This document shows positions 1 to 10,722 of a stretch of DNA of 64,000 nucleotides, one piece after another. The notes under the pieces are model-generated. The model was not told the DNA's origin and made no database searches. It saw nothing but the letters and a program-made list of their open reading frames with translations. Position numbers and translations under genes: made by a program. The stretch's first letter is position 1. Each line of letters starts with the position of its first letter. This DNA comes from Longimicrobiales bacterium. GTDB lineage: Bacteria > Gemmatimonadota > Gemmatimonadetes > Longimicrobiales > Gaopeijiaceae. The stretch spans positions 512,001 through 576,000 of the forward strand of contig CBDCNQ010000002.1 in assembly GCA_965219445.1 (NCBI GenBank). The letters are read 5' to 3'.

Positions 1-777
1 CTCGAAGTCGACCTCGTTGATTCCGGGCTCGAGGCTCACGTCCCGGGTCTCGAGTGTCTGGCCGTCGCTGACCAGCGCGACCGTGGCGATGGAGCCCACA
101 CGGCTGAACACACGCACAGTCGCGGTGACCGGCTCCTGCTCGCGGAGCTCATCCGGCAGATCGATCGACTCGACCCAGCTGTCCCCCTCGCCCCGAACCG
201 TGGCTGGAAGCGTGAACACGCGCACGTCATTCTCCTGCGCCTCCCCCAATAGCCGAGATACGCTTCCGGCGTTCTCGTTGCCGTCCGTAATCAACACGAG
301 ACGCTTGAGATAGCGCGGATCGAAGCTCCGGAACGCGCGCGCCATGGCCGATTCGAGATTCGTGCTGCCCTGGTTGATCGAACGGTTCGATCCGTCGGCC
401 GAAACTTCGACCGACCGGATTCCCTCGGCCGTAGCCGCGGCTCGAGCCGATCCACCGAAGGCGAGGAAGGCCGCGTGCGCCGGATCCCCCCGAGCATTGG
501 TCGAGGCGATCCAATCGATGGCCGTACTCACGAACTCCGGATCGATACTGCTCGATACATCCAGTACGTAAACGACGGACATCCATTTCCCCGACCGATT
601 CCAGACGGGCTCGATGAGGGCGGCAACCAAGAAGACCACGACCGCGATCCTGAACGCCGCGGCGACCGCACGATGCCGGGGTGACGAGCCCCGCGTAGAG
701 TGCTGAGAGAGCCGCCAAATGAACGGAACCGCGGCCAACCCCAGAATCGGCCACCAGCGAGCGAATTCGATACTCAT
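1..777 (-). CDS. VWA domain-containing membrane protein (partial, runs off the window)
   Basis: Not in the ORF track; translated by hand from ATG at 777: MSIEFARWWPILGLAAVPFIW... two hydrophobic helices, then VVYVLDVSSSI (MIDAS DxSxS), GSTNL and LVLITDGNEN. ATGA overlap with the upstream stop. Confidence 0.85.
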   Translation of the reverse strand, partial: MSIEFARWWPILGLAAVPFIWRLSQHSTRGSSPRHRAVAAAFRIAVVVFLVAALIEPVWNRSGKWMSVVYVLDVSSSIDPEFVSTAIDWIASTNARGDPAHAAFLAFGGSARAAATAEGIRSVEVSADGSNRSINQGSTNLESAMARAFRSFDPRYLKRLVLITDGNENAGSVSRLLGEAQENDVRVFTLPATVRGEGDSWVESIDLPDELREQEPVTATVRVFSRVGSIATVALVSDGQTLETRDVSLEPGINEVDFE

Positions 778-2624
778 ACGGTCAGTCGCCTGTGGTAGGT
801 GACCCACTCCGTCACCACCAACACCAGCGCCAGGAGGAGAAGCAAGATCCATAACTCATCGTTCGGACCGGGCTGCGCCCCCGCCAACACAGTCGACGCG
901 GCGGCCGTGATCCCGCCCGAGGCGAGTCCCGAATCGTTGACGGAAGACCGCTCGGCGCTGGCCAGGTTGACGGCCACCCGAAGCCGTCTGTCACCCTCGG
1001 CCACTACGGTGTAGAGACCCGGCTGATCCGCCAAGAAGACCGTGCGATCGGACAGCGGCCAGGCGACGATCTCGTTGCCCTCGAGGTCTGTGATCGTGGC
1101 CATCGGAAGTGGCACCTCGACCCGACCCGGCGCTCGGGCCAGCGCAACCTGCTCATCCATCAACCAGCTCAAAGCGTTGGCGAGGAAAATCGGGAAGCCC
1201 GGTTGAAGCGGGAAGTTCGAATCCTCCAGCGCAAACGACACGCGCACCATCCGATCTCCTTGGTCACTGACCACAACCAGCGGCAGAGACCTGTTCCCGA
1301 CCACGACTTCGGTGGCCGACCCACTTCCTGGATCGCCGGCAGAAGACGCTGGCTCCGAATCGAGGCCCGCCGGTACGGCGATACGCGCGGCCCGATCGAT
1401 ACGTAGATCCTCGAGCGCCACAAAGCGGAGCACCGGATGAGCCGGATTCCGATCCGGTACCTCCGTAACCTCCACGATATCGAGCGTCCGGGTAAGCCAC
1501 TCCGCATCGGGCGGCAAGAACAGCAACGCCGGGCCACCTGGTGCCTGGGGCGGAGCGAAGCGATCGAAGATGTATACGTCCGCCGAGACCTGGGGACTGT
1601 ATTGAGCCGGGCGGATCACCTCCAGGGACAGCCGCGGCTCGTCCGCTAATAAATTTTCGAGGTACAGGCTGCCCGACGTAATCAGTGCAACCCGAGTCTG
1701 AGTCCGGATCGGCAAGAAGCCGTAGGCGTAATCATCGGCCGAGAACGCATCTGGGTCCGCCGTAACCGCGGCTCGTACCGGCCCACGTCCGAACCCGCTC
1801 AGATCGATGAACCGCGAGCGTGATTCGCCCGCCAGGAGGGTCAGCGTATCTCGTACGCCTCCTTCTACGCTTCCACTCAATCGAAGCGTGACCTGCTTCG
1901 AGACGGGCGACGCGTTCTTCAACTGGACAAAGGCATGGTAGCGCGTCGGCTCTGAAGGCAAGGCCTCTATTTCAAAAGCCGTGATGCCGACGTTATGCGC
2001 GGGCTCGAAAACGGAAACCACTCTCGCCTCCGGCGGAGCCTCGTCCACCATTACTCCGTCGGAGATGAAGAATATCTCGGACTCGGCGTCGCCGTCGGGC
2101 AGATCAGGGAACTCGGACGCACCACCGAGGGACACGGTGAGGCCGGCGAGCACCTCCAAAGCGGCCCGCCGCTCGCCGGGCTCCCCCGGTGGGGCCTGAC
2201 CCGACGTGTCGAGAATGAGGAACTTCCCGCTCGCGCTCCCCTGCCTCAGGAATCGGCCCGCGTGCGCCACCGCGTGCTCCCAACGTGTGAACCCGTCAGC
2301 GCTACGGGTGGCCATGGTCACGGAATTGTCGATCACGACCGTGATGTTGCGGACGTCTCTGCCCGGGGAGGAAAGCTCGGGACGCCCGATCCCGGCCGCG
2401 ACGGAAAGGCCGATCGTCAGCGCCAGTATCAACGAGAGCCACCATCGCAATCGGTCGAAGAACGTGTTCCTTTTCTTTTCCCTGAGTAGGCGGTCCCAAA
2501 GCAGGGTCGACGGGACGACCACTCGCTGGGGTGGCGGCTTCAGCCAATACAGGTATACGATGGCCACTACCGTGGTACCTAGAAGGACTCCCGCCAACGC
2601 CGTGCTCAATCCAAGAAAAATCAT
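774..2624 (-). CDS. BatA-like N-terminal domain / VWA protein with C-terminal membrane anchor
   Basis: Probable start MIFLG at 2624 (ATGA overlap with DUF58 stop). LYWLKPPPQRVVVPSTLLW BatA-type motif, VVIDNSVTM and FFISDG VWA motifs, C-terminal ELWILLLLLALVLVVTEW. Confidence 0.85.
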   Translation of the reverse strand: MIFLGLSTALAGVLLGTTVVAIVYLYWLKPPPQRVVVPSTLLWDRLLREKKRNTFFDRLRWWLSLILALTIGLSVAAGIGRPELSSPGRDVRNITVVIDNSVTMATRSADGFTRWEHAVAHAGRFLRQGSASGKFLILDTSGQAPPGEPGERRAALEVLAGLTVSLGGASEFPDLPDGDAESEIFFISDGVMVDEAPPEARVVSVFEPAHNVGITAFEIEALPSEPTRYHAFVQLKNASPVSKQVTLRLSGSVEGGVRDTLTLLAGESRSRFIDLSGFGRGPVRAAVTADPDAFSADDYAYGFLPIRTQTRVALITSGSLYLENLLADEPRLSLEVIRPAQYSPQVSADVYIFDRFAPPQAPGGPALLFLPPDAEWLTRTLDIVEVTEVPDRNPAHPVLRFVALEDLRIDRAARIAVPAGLDSEPASSAGDPGSGSATEVVVGNRSLPLVVVSDQGDRMVRVSFALEDSNFPLQPGFPIFLANALSWLMDEQVALARAPGRVEVPLPMATITDLEGNEIVAWPLSDRTVFLADQPGLYTVVAEGDRRLRVAVNLASAERSSVNDSGLASGGITAAASTVLAGAQPGPNDELWILLLLLALVLVVTEWVTYHRRLTV

Positions 2625-3511
2625 CTGAGGAACCGACCCTGGCGGAAAACCTGAAGGATCAGGTCCTCGAACGGGACGTGCGTCGTGGTCCGCAAATAAC
2701 CCCAGCCGTTCTTCCTGCAATAGCCGCCGACTTCCTCACAGTGCTCCTCGAACTGTTCGCCATAGGCCTCGAGGAGCGCCGGCGTAACCCTGATGCGCTG
2801 GGATGTCCCGAGTTCCGCATCCTCTAGAAGCACTTCGTCGGGAAGGTCGGGATGCGCCTCTTCGGGGGTGTAGACATGGACGGCGAATAGATCCTGCCGA
2901 AAGTAGCGGAGCATGTCGAATGCCTTCGAGAATCCCTCCTGATCCAGGAAATCCGACACCACCACCACCAGTCCACGACGCCGACGAGCGGAGAAGAAAG
3001 CCTTGAACGCCTTCTCCATCGAAGTTGCCCCACCAGGCTCGGCGGACTCCAGAAAGCGAAACGCGTGCCAGACCTGGTGTTTGCCCCGACGTGCAGAGAG
3101 CTCGTGCGCAACGCCGTCGGCGAAGCCGACCAGGTTGACGCGATCCTGGTTCAGGAGCCCCACGTAGCACAGCGCTGCCGCGATCTTTCGGGCGTAGTCG
3201 AACTTCACGGGAGTACCATGGTCCATCGACCCGCTCGCGTCGAAGAAAATGTAGATCGGAAGGTCCGCCTCCTCCTCGAAAAGTCTCAGAATCAGCTTGT
3301 CGAGACGCAGATACGTACGCCAATCGACGTTCTTGGTGTCCTCACCAGATACGTACTGCCGGTAGTCGGCAAACTCGATCCCCGCATCGGTCTTCTTCTT
3401 GGCCCGATGCTCCCCATGCAGGTGTCCCGGAATCATGTGATTCGCGACGAGGTTCAAGTATTCGAGCTTCTTCAAGAACTCGTCGTCGAAGAGCGTGCCC
3501 TTCTCACTCAT
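2621..3511 (-). CDS. DUF58 domain protein
   Basis: EFADYRQYVSGEDTKNVDW, FDASGSM and VVVSDFL motifs; directly downstream of MoxR. Confidence 0.92.
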   Translation of the reverse strand: MSEKGTLFDDEFLKKLEYLNLVANHMIPGHLHGEHRAKKKTDAGIEFADYRQYVSGEDTKNVDWRTYLRLDKLILRLFEEEADLPIYIFFDASGSMDHGTPVKFDYARKIAAALCYVGLLNQDRVNLVGFADGVAHELSARRGKHQVWHAFRFLESAEPGGATSMEKAFKAFFSARRRRGLVVVVSDFLDQEGFSKAFDMLRYFRQDLFAVHVYTPEEAHPDLPDEVLLEDAELGTSQRIRVTPALLEAYGEQFEEHCEEVGGYCRKNGWGYLRTTTHVPFEDLILQVFRQGRFLR

Positions 3512-3535
3512 CCGCTGAACACCGGGCCCACCGAC

Positions 3536-4534
3536 TTACTCCGAGGGCTCCGGAGTATCCTGCATGATAGCCTCCAGGATCGTGTCGGTGTCGATCCGCT
3601 CCGCTTCGCCCTCGAAGTTGAGCAGCACGCGGTGGCGCAGCGCGGGAAGCATAAAGGCCCGAATATCTTCGCAGGACACATGGACGCGGCCGTTGAGCAG
3701 CGCGTTCACCTTACCCCCGATCACGAGGGTCTGAGTTCCACGCGGACTGGCCCCAAAACGTGCGTAACGCTGCGTCAGCGGGTGCGCGTACGGCGTATCG
3801 GGGTGGGTCGCAAGGGTCAAGCGGATCGCGTAGTCCTGAACGGATCGCGCGATCGGGACGCCCCGGGCCGTGTTGCGCATCTCCAGGATCTCTTCCCGGT
3901 CGAGCACCGTGCCCGCCTCGGGCTCTTCGCGGCGGGTGGTCCGGTCCATGATTTCGTGCATGTCATCCGGTTCCGGATACTGGATTTTCAGCTTGTAGAA
4001 GAACCGATCGAGTTGTGCCTCGGGCAGCGGGTAGGTCCCCTCCATCTCTAGCGGATTCTGAGTGGCGAGAACGAAAAAAGGAGGTGAGAGCCGGTGCGTG
4101 GTCGTACCGACCGTGACGCTGCGCTCCTGCATCGCCTCCAGGAGCGCGGACTGGGTCTTGGGCGTGGCACGATTGATCTCATCCGCCAGCAGGATGTTCG
4201 TGAAGATCGGACCTTCTTGGAAGGCGAGATGTTTTTCGCCCGTGTCGCTCTCGTGCACCACGTCACTCCCCACGATGTCGCCCGGCATGAGGTCCGGCGT
4301 GAACTGGATGCGTGAGAAGCTCAGATGGAGAACGTCCGCGACGGTCGCTACGATCTTGGTCTTCCCGATACCCGGGATACCCTCGAGCAGCACATGTCCT
4401 TTGGAGATCAAGCTGATCAGGGTTCCATCGATAATTTCATTGTTACCGACGATAACCCTGGAGATCTCTTCCTTGACCCTCCCGAACTGCTCGGTGAACT
4501 CACTGACCTGTGTGTCGAGTTGCGTGGTCGTCAT
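3536..4534 (-). CDS. moxR: MoxR family AAA+ ATPase
   Basis: HVLLEGIPGIGKT (Walker A), RIQFTPDLMPGD, LLADEINRATPKTQSALLEAMQE, ATQNPLEMEGTYPLPEAQLDRF. Confidence 0.96.
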   Translation of the reverse strand: MTTTQLDTQVSEFTEQFGRVKEEISRVIVGNNEIIDGTLISLISKGHVLLEGIPGIGKTKIVATVADVLHLSFSRIQFTPDLMPGDIVGSDVVHESDTGEKHLAFQEGPIFTNILLADEINRATPKTQSALLEAMQERSVTVGTTTHRLSPPFFVLATQNPLEMEGTYPLPEAQLDRFFYKLKIQYPEPDDMHEIMDRTTRREEPEAGTVLDREEILEMRNTARGVPIARSVQDYAIRLTLATHPDTPYAHPLTQRYARFGASPRGTQTLVIGGKVNALLNGRVHVSCEDIRAFMLPALRHRVLLNFEGEAERIDTDTILEAIMQDTPEPSE

Positions 4535-6123
4535 TGTCTCTCGTCGGGCCGAATGGCCAAGAAATATTTTTTTACGAGGCTTCGGTACCGCCAGGGGATT
4601 CGCTCGGCGTTCAGCGCCGAACCCTGGGAGTATTCCGAAGGTGCCCGCACGTCGCGGTACTGCACGATCGAACTCTGCTGACGACTGGCCTCCTGGAAGA
4701 GATCCTCGGGATCCAACTCCCGCTCTTCTTCGGCAGACTCGGGTGCAGAGCCTGCGATCACCTCGAGCGCGAGCTGCGCTTCCAAAGTCGTGCTGGCGCC
4801 GAGCTCGAGGCCACCACCTGATGGATCCCCGGTCGCATTGCCCGCCGGCCCACCCTGGTTCTCAGGCGAGCCGCCGTCGGAGCGAGTGACCTCGGAGGAC
4901 GGCGATGCCACCGACGCGTCGCTCGACTCACCCGAGATGGATTGGCTCTGGGCCATCTGCATTTCCGTCAGTCCTGGCGAGCCCCCACGTTGGGCCATCG
5001 CCTGCTGCATCGCCTCAGCCGCTTCCGAGGCCTCGTTGTTCGCTTCCTGGCGTGCCTGCCGTTCAGCTAATTGCTCGAGCGCGGCCGCAACCCGTTCCAG
5101 CGCTTCCTGGGCATCGGAAAGGCGGCCCTCCGAGATCGCAGCGGCGGCCTCTTCCAGCGCGGCGAGCAACTCGTCGATGACCGGCTCATCGATGTCCGAA
5201 GCCGCCTGCAAACGGTCTCCCAAGTCCGCCAGATCCTGGCCGGTGAGGTCATCGAGTTGCTCGGAAAGATCACGCAGGCCCTCGGCCGCTTCGGAAAGAT
5301 CCTGGTTCCTCAAAGCATCAGCGAACTCGGCCAGTTCATTCGATCCCCTGAACTCTTCGAGCAGCTCCTCGAGAGCGTCGCGAGTGGCAGCCATCTCCAG
5401 ATTTCCCTCGTCGAGCGCGTCCTGAGCCTCCCTCAAGTCACGGAGAACGTCATCGAAGGACGTTTCAGCCGCCTCGAGTTCCTCAAGCACCTCCTCGAGC
5501 AGAGCCAGGGCCTCCTCATCCAAGAGCTCGTCGCCCTCGCCATCGATGAGGTCACGGATGTCGTCAGCGTACGCCTCCTGCTGGCGCTCGAAACGGCTGG
5601 AGTCCGATGCGGGCTCGAACGTCAGGAGCGGGCCCTCGGAGGGCAGGAAGGCCATTGCTTCCAAGAGTCCAAAGAGCGCAAACGCGACCCCGAAACGTTT
5701 TGGGATCGTCACTGGAACCAGGCGCCGCGGGTCCAATCGGCGAGCCGTCTCCGCGGCACGCCCGACCAAGAGATCGACCCAGGGCGAAGAATCGCCCCGC
5801 CGCATGAACCAGTACGCACTCTTGATTTCGTCGTTCAGATCGGCGCGCTGATCTACCACTCCGGCCGCCCGCTCTAGGCGCCAACCTCCGACTTGGGACC
5901 AAACGAGGAAAGCCAGGAAAGCGGCCGCCCCAGCGCTGACGATCAGGTCACCTGGCGGCACGCTGACGGGAACCAACAGGGGAGCCGCTTCGATAAGCAG
6001 CAGGGCGCCGAGCACCAAACACGCGGCGATCGACAAGTGTTGGAGCGTCTGGTTGAAACGAACCTTGAGATCGATACGCCTGAGCACCGCAGTGATCGTG
6101 GACCGCTCGGTGGCCCTATTCAC
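4531..6123 (-). CDS. Membrane-anchored acidic coiled-coil protein (first gene of the MoxR operon)
   Basis: 530 aa with N-terminal TM helices, a long E/D/L/A-rich helical stalk, a G/S-rich linker and the C-terminal IPWRYRSLVKKYF tail typical of such MoxR-associated proteins. Overlaps the moxR start. Confidence 0.75.
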   Translation of the reverse strand: MNRATERSTITAVLRRIDLKVRFNQTLQHLSIAACLVLGALLLIEAAPLLVPVSVPPGDLIVSAGAAAFLAFLVWSQVGGWRLERAAGVVDQRADLNDEIKSAYWFMRRGDSSPWVDLLVGRAAETARRLDPRRLVPVTIPKRFGVAFALFGLLEAMAFLPSEGPLLTFEPASDSSRFERQQEAYADDIRDLIDGEGDELLDEEALALLEEVLEELEAAETSFDDVLRDLREAQDALDEGNLEMAATRDALEELLEEFRGSNELAEFADALRNQDLSEAAEGLRDLSEQLDDLTGQDLADLGDRLQAASDIDEPVIDELLAALEEAAAAISEGRLSDAQEALERVAAALEQLAERQARQEANNEASEAAEAMQQAMAQRGGSPGLTEMQMAQSQSISGESSDASVASPSSEVTRSDGGSPENQGGPAGNATGDPSGGGLELGASTTLEAQLALEVIAGSAPESAEEERELDPEDLFQEASRQQSSIVQYRDVRAPSEYSQGSALNAERIPWRYRSLVKKYFLAIRPDERQ

Positions 6124-6247
6124 TGTCGACCTTTTCCAAGATCGGGCGGCTGAACGTATTGTGCATCATTGGGAGCTCCCGGTGGACCGACATAGCAGGC
6201 TAAACTGACGCCGCCGCCGAGAGCGAGCAAGTGAGACGCAGGTGCTT

Positions 6248-7453
6248 CTATTTCGAAACCGTGTTTCCGCCCGCCTTTTGACCACGGTGAAGGGCCCTGC
6301 GAGCGGCCTGGGCAACCGCACCGAATCTGGCGGACCATCCCTTCTCTTGTCCGCGTTCGGCCACGCCGACCGTCACGGTCAGGGACCACCGCGCCGTGGG
6401 ATACCGCGTGGTTCCATCCATGCCGTTTCCCGCCGCCTTGGGGCGCAGCGGGAACTGGAAGTCCTCGATGTCCGCGCGCAGGACCTCGAGGTCGCCGAGG
6501 ACTTCGTTACGCCCCTTCCCTGCAAAGATGAGCGCGAAGTCCTCGCCGCTGTAACGGAACGCGCTGGCACCCGCCTTCCGCAAATTGTTGGCGATTTTTC
6601 TTATGACGCGGTCGCTCGCGTCCCGTCCGTGACGGTCGTGGAGGGTCTTGAAGTTGTCGATACTCACCAAGGCCAGTGCATAAGACGATTTCACGCGCCT
6701 GGCCTCACGCCACAAGGCTCTTCGTGCTGGAAGGTGCGTGACATTGTCATGAAGGGAGAGGGCATACGACTTCTCGAGCACGTTTACGATCAACATGAGG
6801 CCGGCCATCGTCAGGTAGATCGTCGACTCTAGGGAATCGGGTCCGCCTCGCAGAGCCAACACAAGCGCCGCGGTCACCCAGAAGAACCCTTTGTCGAGGC
6901 GATGGCCCCTCCATCCGGCGAGTCCTCCGGTGACCAGGAGCGCCATCAGGCCCACCGCCAGCGCCGCATCCGACAACTGAAGTCCGGAGAGGTCCCAGGG
7001 AAGGAGAGCTTGCCACGTCCACGACAGGAACTCCGGACGCACCGCCCAAACCATGAGCCCACCGGCCAGCCCCGCCGGGATGATCGCGACCTGGATGAGC
7101 CCCCGAGGAGAGAGCGCACCCCGATCCTTCATCGCCGCGACGATCGGCAGTAGAAACAGGAACAGCACGCCGCTGGCATCCCAAACCGACCCAGCGCCGG
7201 GCTCCAACGTGGAAGTCGAGGGTCGGAGGAGCACGTCCATCATGAAAAGGCCGAGCAAGACTGCTGCCGCGCGGCTGCGGCGATAACGCCAAGCGAGAAA
7301 CACCCCGCCACCGTACACGACCGGCGCATACACGCCGGCTGCCCCCGCGAGCCAGGGAGCCTCCGTCCAGAACGTGGCCAGCAGGACGCCCAATAGGAGG
7401 AAAATCAGACCGGGCCAGACCCAGCCTCGCACGACTCTTACCTTCTTCGACAT
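6248..7453 (-). CDS. Membrane-bound GGDEF domain protein, degenerate active site
   Basis: About 7-8 TM helices followed by HDNVTHLPARRAL, SIDNFKTLHDRHG, FRYSGEDF, VTVGVA and KAGGNTV. Confidence 0.85.
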   Translation of the reverse strand: MSKKVRVVRGWVWPGLIFLLLGVLLATFWTEAPWLAGAAGVYAPVVYGGGVFLAWRYRRSRAAAVLLGLFMMDVLLRPSTSTLEPGAGSVWDASGVLFLFLLPIVAAMKDRGALSPRGLIQVAIIPAGLAGGLMVWAVRPEFLSWTWQALLPWDLSGLQLSDAALAVGLMALLVTGGLAGWRGHRLDKGFFWVTAALVLALRGGPDSLESTIYLTMAGLMLIVNVLEKSYALSLHDNVTHLPARRALWREARRVKSSYALALVSIDNFKTLHDRHGRDASDRVIRKIANNLRKAGASAFRYSGEDFALIFAGKGRNEVLGDLEVLRADIEDFQFPLRPKAAGNGMDGTTRYPTARWSLTVTVGVAERGQEKGWSARFGAVAQAARRALHRGQKAGGNTVSK

Positions 7454-7581
7454 TTATTCAGGTGGGAACGCGGTGATGACCCGAGGGTCGGCGAACCGAA
7501 ATCGGCTCCAGTAAGAAAACTAAGAAGCCCTGGGGGCCGGGGGCCAGGAGTTTTTCGGCTCGAAGCCGAGGAAGTCCGAGA

Positions 7582-9159
7582 TCAGCCGGACGACGTGGCC
7601 GCAACCCCCGGTACGCACCGCGTTCGAACTGCCAACGGGCGGATCGCGCCCGGGATGCGAACCGGAAGTAGCAGAATCACCAGCAACCCAAGAGAGAGCG
7701 GGCCGACCACACCGCCGATGTGCACTGCGAGCGGGACAGCGCCGGATCGCTGAACGCGGCCCGCGGCATAGGTCTCCACAAATGGCTCGGTTCTCGTCAC
7801 GACTCGGCCGAGCGGATCCACGATGCCCGAGACGCCGGTGTTGGCGGCCCGGACCACCGTGACACGGTTCTCCACCGCTCGCAGCGTCGCATGGGCAAAG
7901 TGTTGATGGGGAGCAGCCGTTCGACCGAACCACGCATCGTTGCTCAGCGTCACCAGTACCTCTGCCCCGGCGCGCCGAAGGGTTCGCGACATGTCCGCGA
8001 ACGTGAGCTCGTAACAGAGCAGTGTCCCGTAGCGTCCCATCGCTGAATCGGCGACGTGCGTGGCCTGGCCGGGAGTGAAACCGCCAAAGCCCGTCCGTGA
8101 GAGATTAAGCGCGCCCGCCGGCACCCACTCAATCATCGGGATGAGCTTCTGCTTGCGGTGGACGACCGGCACGCTGGTTCCGGCGATGGGGTGGAAGGCT
8201 AGGGCGGCGTTGTAGCGTCGCGGTGGACCATCTGCCGACCATTCCAGGTCCACGCCGCCGGTGAGGACAGTGCTTCGTGAGCGCCGCGCCAACTGGGTGA
8301 CGCGAGCGGCCCATCCTGGGTGCGACCGGATGGCATCAGGCAGGGCGGTTTCGGGCCACGCGATGAGCTGGGGATGGGCGTCGGCGATGGCCTTTTCCGC
8401 AAGGCGTACCGTCCGCTCGACGATCGCGTCCTGCCCGGTTGGCGTCCACTTTTCATGCACCGTCACGTTCGGTTGCACCACAGCGACCATGGCGCCCGGT
8501 TCCAAGGGCAATGTATTGAGCCGGTGCAGGCCGTACAGCGTCACCAGGAACAGCACCGTGGCCGCGGCCTCGACGTGAGCCAGCGCCACTGTCCGGCGGT
8601 GTCTCGTCCACCAGGCCATGGCCAGCAAGACGTTGATCGTGGCGACGATGAACGCGAGTCCTCCCGCGCCGGCGAGGTCGGCCGTCTGCACGAGGACCGG
8701 CAGGGCTGTTACCGTGAGGGCGAGTTGGTGCCATGGGAAACCGATGGGGCCCACCTGCGCCGCGAGCCACTCGAGAACCACCACGCCCGTCGGGAGGGCG
8801 ACGAGGAGTCGGTTCGGCGAGTGACGGGCGATCCTGCCGACGACCGCGAACATCACCGCGGTCAGGCCGCCGAACATCACCGCTGCGACCAGATAGAGAG
8901 CGATCGTGCTCCGCCCATACTCCCACAATGCCACCGCCAGCCAGTAGAGCAGGGCGCCGTGGGTGACCGTCCCATACCAGAACCCCTGGTGCAGGTGCAC
9001 CCGCCACGCATTCGCATCGTGGGTGCCACGCAGTATGAGCAGCGCCGCCGGGATGAGGCAGACGAACGCGGGGACCACCAGGGTGAACGGCGGATACGCG
9101 AGCGTGAGAAGCAACGCGGCGGCCGCGATCAGGATCCAGTCGGAGCGGGGAAGGCGCAT
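7582..9159 (-). CDS. lnt: Apolipoprotein N-acyltransferase
   Basis: TM N-terminus with GFPW, VVQPN, the nitrilase triad motifs WPET / KQKLIP / LCYE, SNDAWFG, and RAVENR..VRAANTGVSGIVDPLG. Confidence 0.95.
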   Translation of the reverse strand: MRLPRSDWILIAAAALLLTLAYPPFTLVVPAFVCLIPAALLILRGTHDANAWRVHLHQGFWYGTVTHGALLYWLAVALWEYGRSTIALYLVAAVMFGGLTAVMFAVVGRIARHSPNRLLVALPTGVVVLEWLAAQVGPIGFPWHQLALTVTALPVLVQTADLAGAGGLAFIVATINVLLAMAWWTRHRRTVALAHVEAAATVLFLVTLYGLHRLNTLPLEPGAMVAVVQPNVTVHEKWTPTGQDAIVERTVRLAEKAIADAHPQLIAWPETALPDAIRSHPGWAARVTQLARRSRSTVLTGGVDLEWSADGPPRRYNAALAFHPIAGTSVPVVHRKQKLIPMIEWVPAGALNLSRTGFGGFTPGQATHVADSAMGRYGTLLCYELTFADMSRTLRRAGAEVLVTLSNDAWFGRTAAPHQHFAHATLRAVENRVTVVRAANTGVSGIVDPLGRVVTRTEPFVETYAAGRVQRSGAVPLAVHIGGVVGPLSLGLLVILLLPVRIPGAIRPLAVRTRCVPGVAATSSG

Positions 9160-9162
9160 TGG

Positions 9163-10561
9163 TCAGCCCTGTCCGTGCACTTTTACCGGGGCCCACGGTT
9201 GGCTCAGAATGGACGTGCCGGCCTGGCCCAGATCGTTGGCGCCCCAGCACCAGACATCTCCGTCCGCGGTCAAACCGCAGGTGTGTTGCCTTCCCGCCGC
9301 GACCTGGGTAAACGTGTGACCCCCGGTGACGGCAACGGGCTCCTCACGATATTCGGTGGTGCCGTCACCTAATCGACCCTCTCCGTTCTCGCCCCAGCAC
9401 CACGCAGCACCCCCCGTGGTCAGCCCGCACGTGTGGACGCCCCCGCCACTGATCGCGGCAAACGGACCGAACCCGACCATCGGAGCATATACGCTGCGTG
9501 CAAAATCGTAGCAGAACACCGACCCCAGAGAGGTGCGCGCGCAACGTCCGCTTACCTGTACAAAGAGGGAATCGGCCGTCAGACCCGTGGCCACGGGCAT
9601 CCGCAGGGGCACATACGAGCACCGCACCTGGATCGGGCCTCCCGCCTTGTCCACACCGTTCTGACAGGTCTCGGTGCCTGCCAGCGTCGGGCTGAAATTG
9701 TCGAGGTTACCCCAGCAGTAGAGGTGGCCCGCGTCGGTCACCCCGCAGGTCGTCGCCTCATGCGTATCGAGCGAGACCCACTGAAGGTCCCCGGCGACCA
9801 ATTCGGGTGTGGCGACGGGCCCGCTGCGTTGATTGCCACCCAACTTCCCAGTGCTGTTATCACCCCAGCAGTACGCGGCCCCAATGGAAGTCAGCCCGCA
9901 CGTGTGGCCCCAGGCGAGGGTCAGGGTGGTGAACGCCCGGCCGCCCGAGACCGCGACCGGATCGAAGAACCAGCGGCGTTCCGACACGCCGAGTTGCAGT
10001 GTGAAGTTGTCGCCCCAGCACCATGCGCTGCCGAACGTATCCAGACTGCACGCGTGAGAGCTACTCACCTGGACCGAGCGAGCGTCGGTCTTTCGGGGCA
10101 CGGGCATCGGACTGCACGGTGTACCCCAGCAGGTACTAATTGCGGGATCGACCCCCCATTGCCCGAGTTGGGAGCTACTCCCGGTTCCCCAGCAAAGGGC
10201 GATGTCGCCTTCGGAGACGGCGCACGAAGCCCGCCCGCCCGCTGCAATGTCCGTGACGGGCCCCATGACGACGGTGTCTGGTACGAACACGGCCAGAGAG
10301 TCCACGAGCCCGCCGGCTTCCGCCACCAGGAATGTGCGACCAGGCGCCCGCGCCTGGATGATTCTCGTGGGATCGTTCGGGGAGTCGGGACCGCTCGGGG
10401 AGAAACGAGGGGCGCCGACGTCGGAGGCGATCGAGCGATCGCGGATGATCCAGTTGATTTCGGCGGTAGGAGGTGTCTCGAAGCACCCCGATTGCACCCA
10501 CGCCTGATCTGCCGATCCCACCACCAGATGCAGGGAATCAGGGAAGAGGGCGACGTCGGTA
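9163..10561 (-). pseudogene. RCC1/BLIP-II repeat beta-propeller protein, 5'-truncated at the IS256 left end
   Basis: Repeated HTCGLT..G.A(W/Y)CWG.N..G.LG units. The frame (..TDVALFPDSLHLVVGS..) runs up to the IS256 repeat at 10562 with no signal peptide. Could still be translated from GTG at 10524. Confidence 0.75.
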
Positions 10562-10722
10562 GAGCTAGGATCAAAGGCATCATAGGGGCATGGCGACCGC
10601 TACCGGTACCGATCAGCAGCGAAGCAGCCCGAAGACGAAGAGGCGTTCTCCTCCGGGAACGGGTGCGCGTTCATCATTGTTCGCGCAAGGAAGCAACCCA
10701 CCTATCCAAGAGGAGAACGCCG

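Noticed and set aside
9163..10300. Repeated DNA motifs (e.g. GCCCCAGCA) as a CRISPR or repeat array
   Set aside because: They are the coding repeats of RCC1 blades (CWG), degenerate at third positions and without a repeat-spacer structure.
10584..10680. Possible frameshifted signal peptide of the RCC1-repeat gene
   Set aside because: This sequence lies inside the IS110 left end once the boundaries are resolved.
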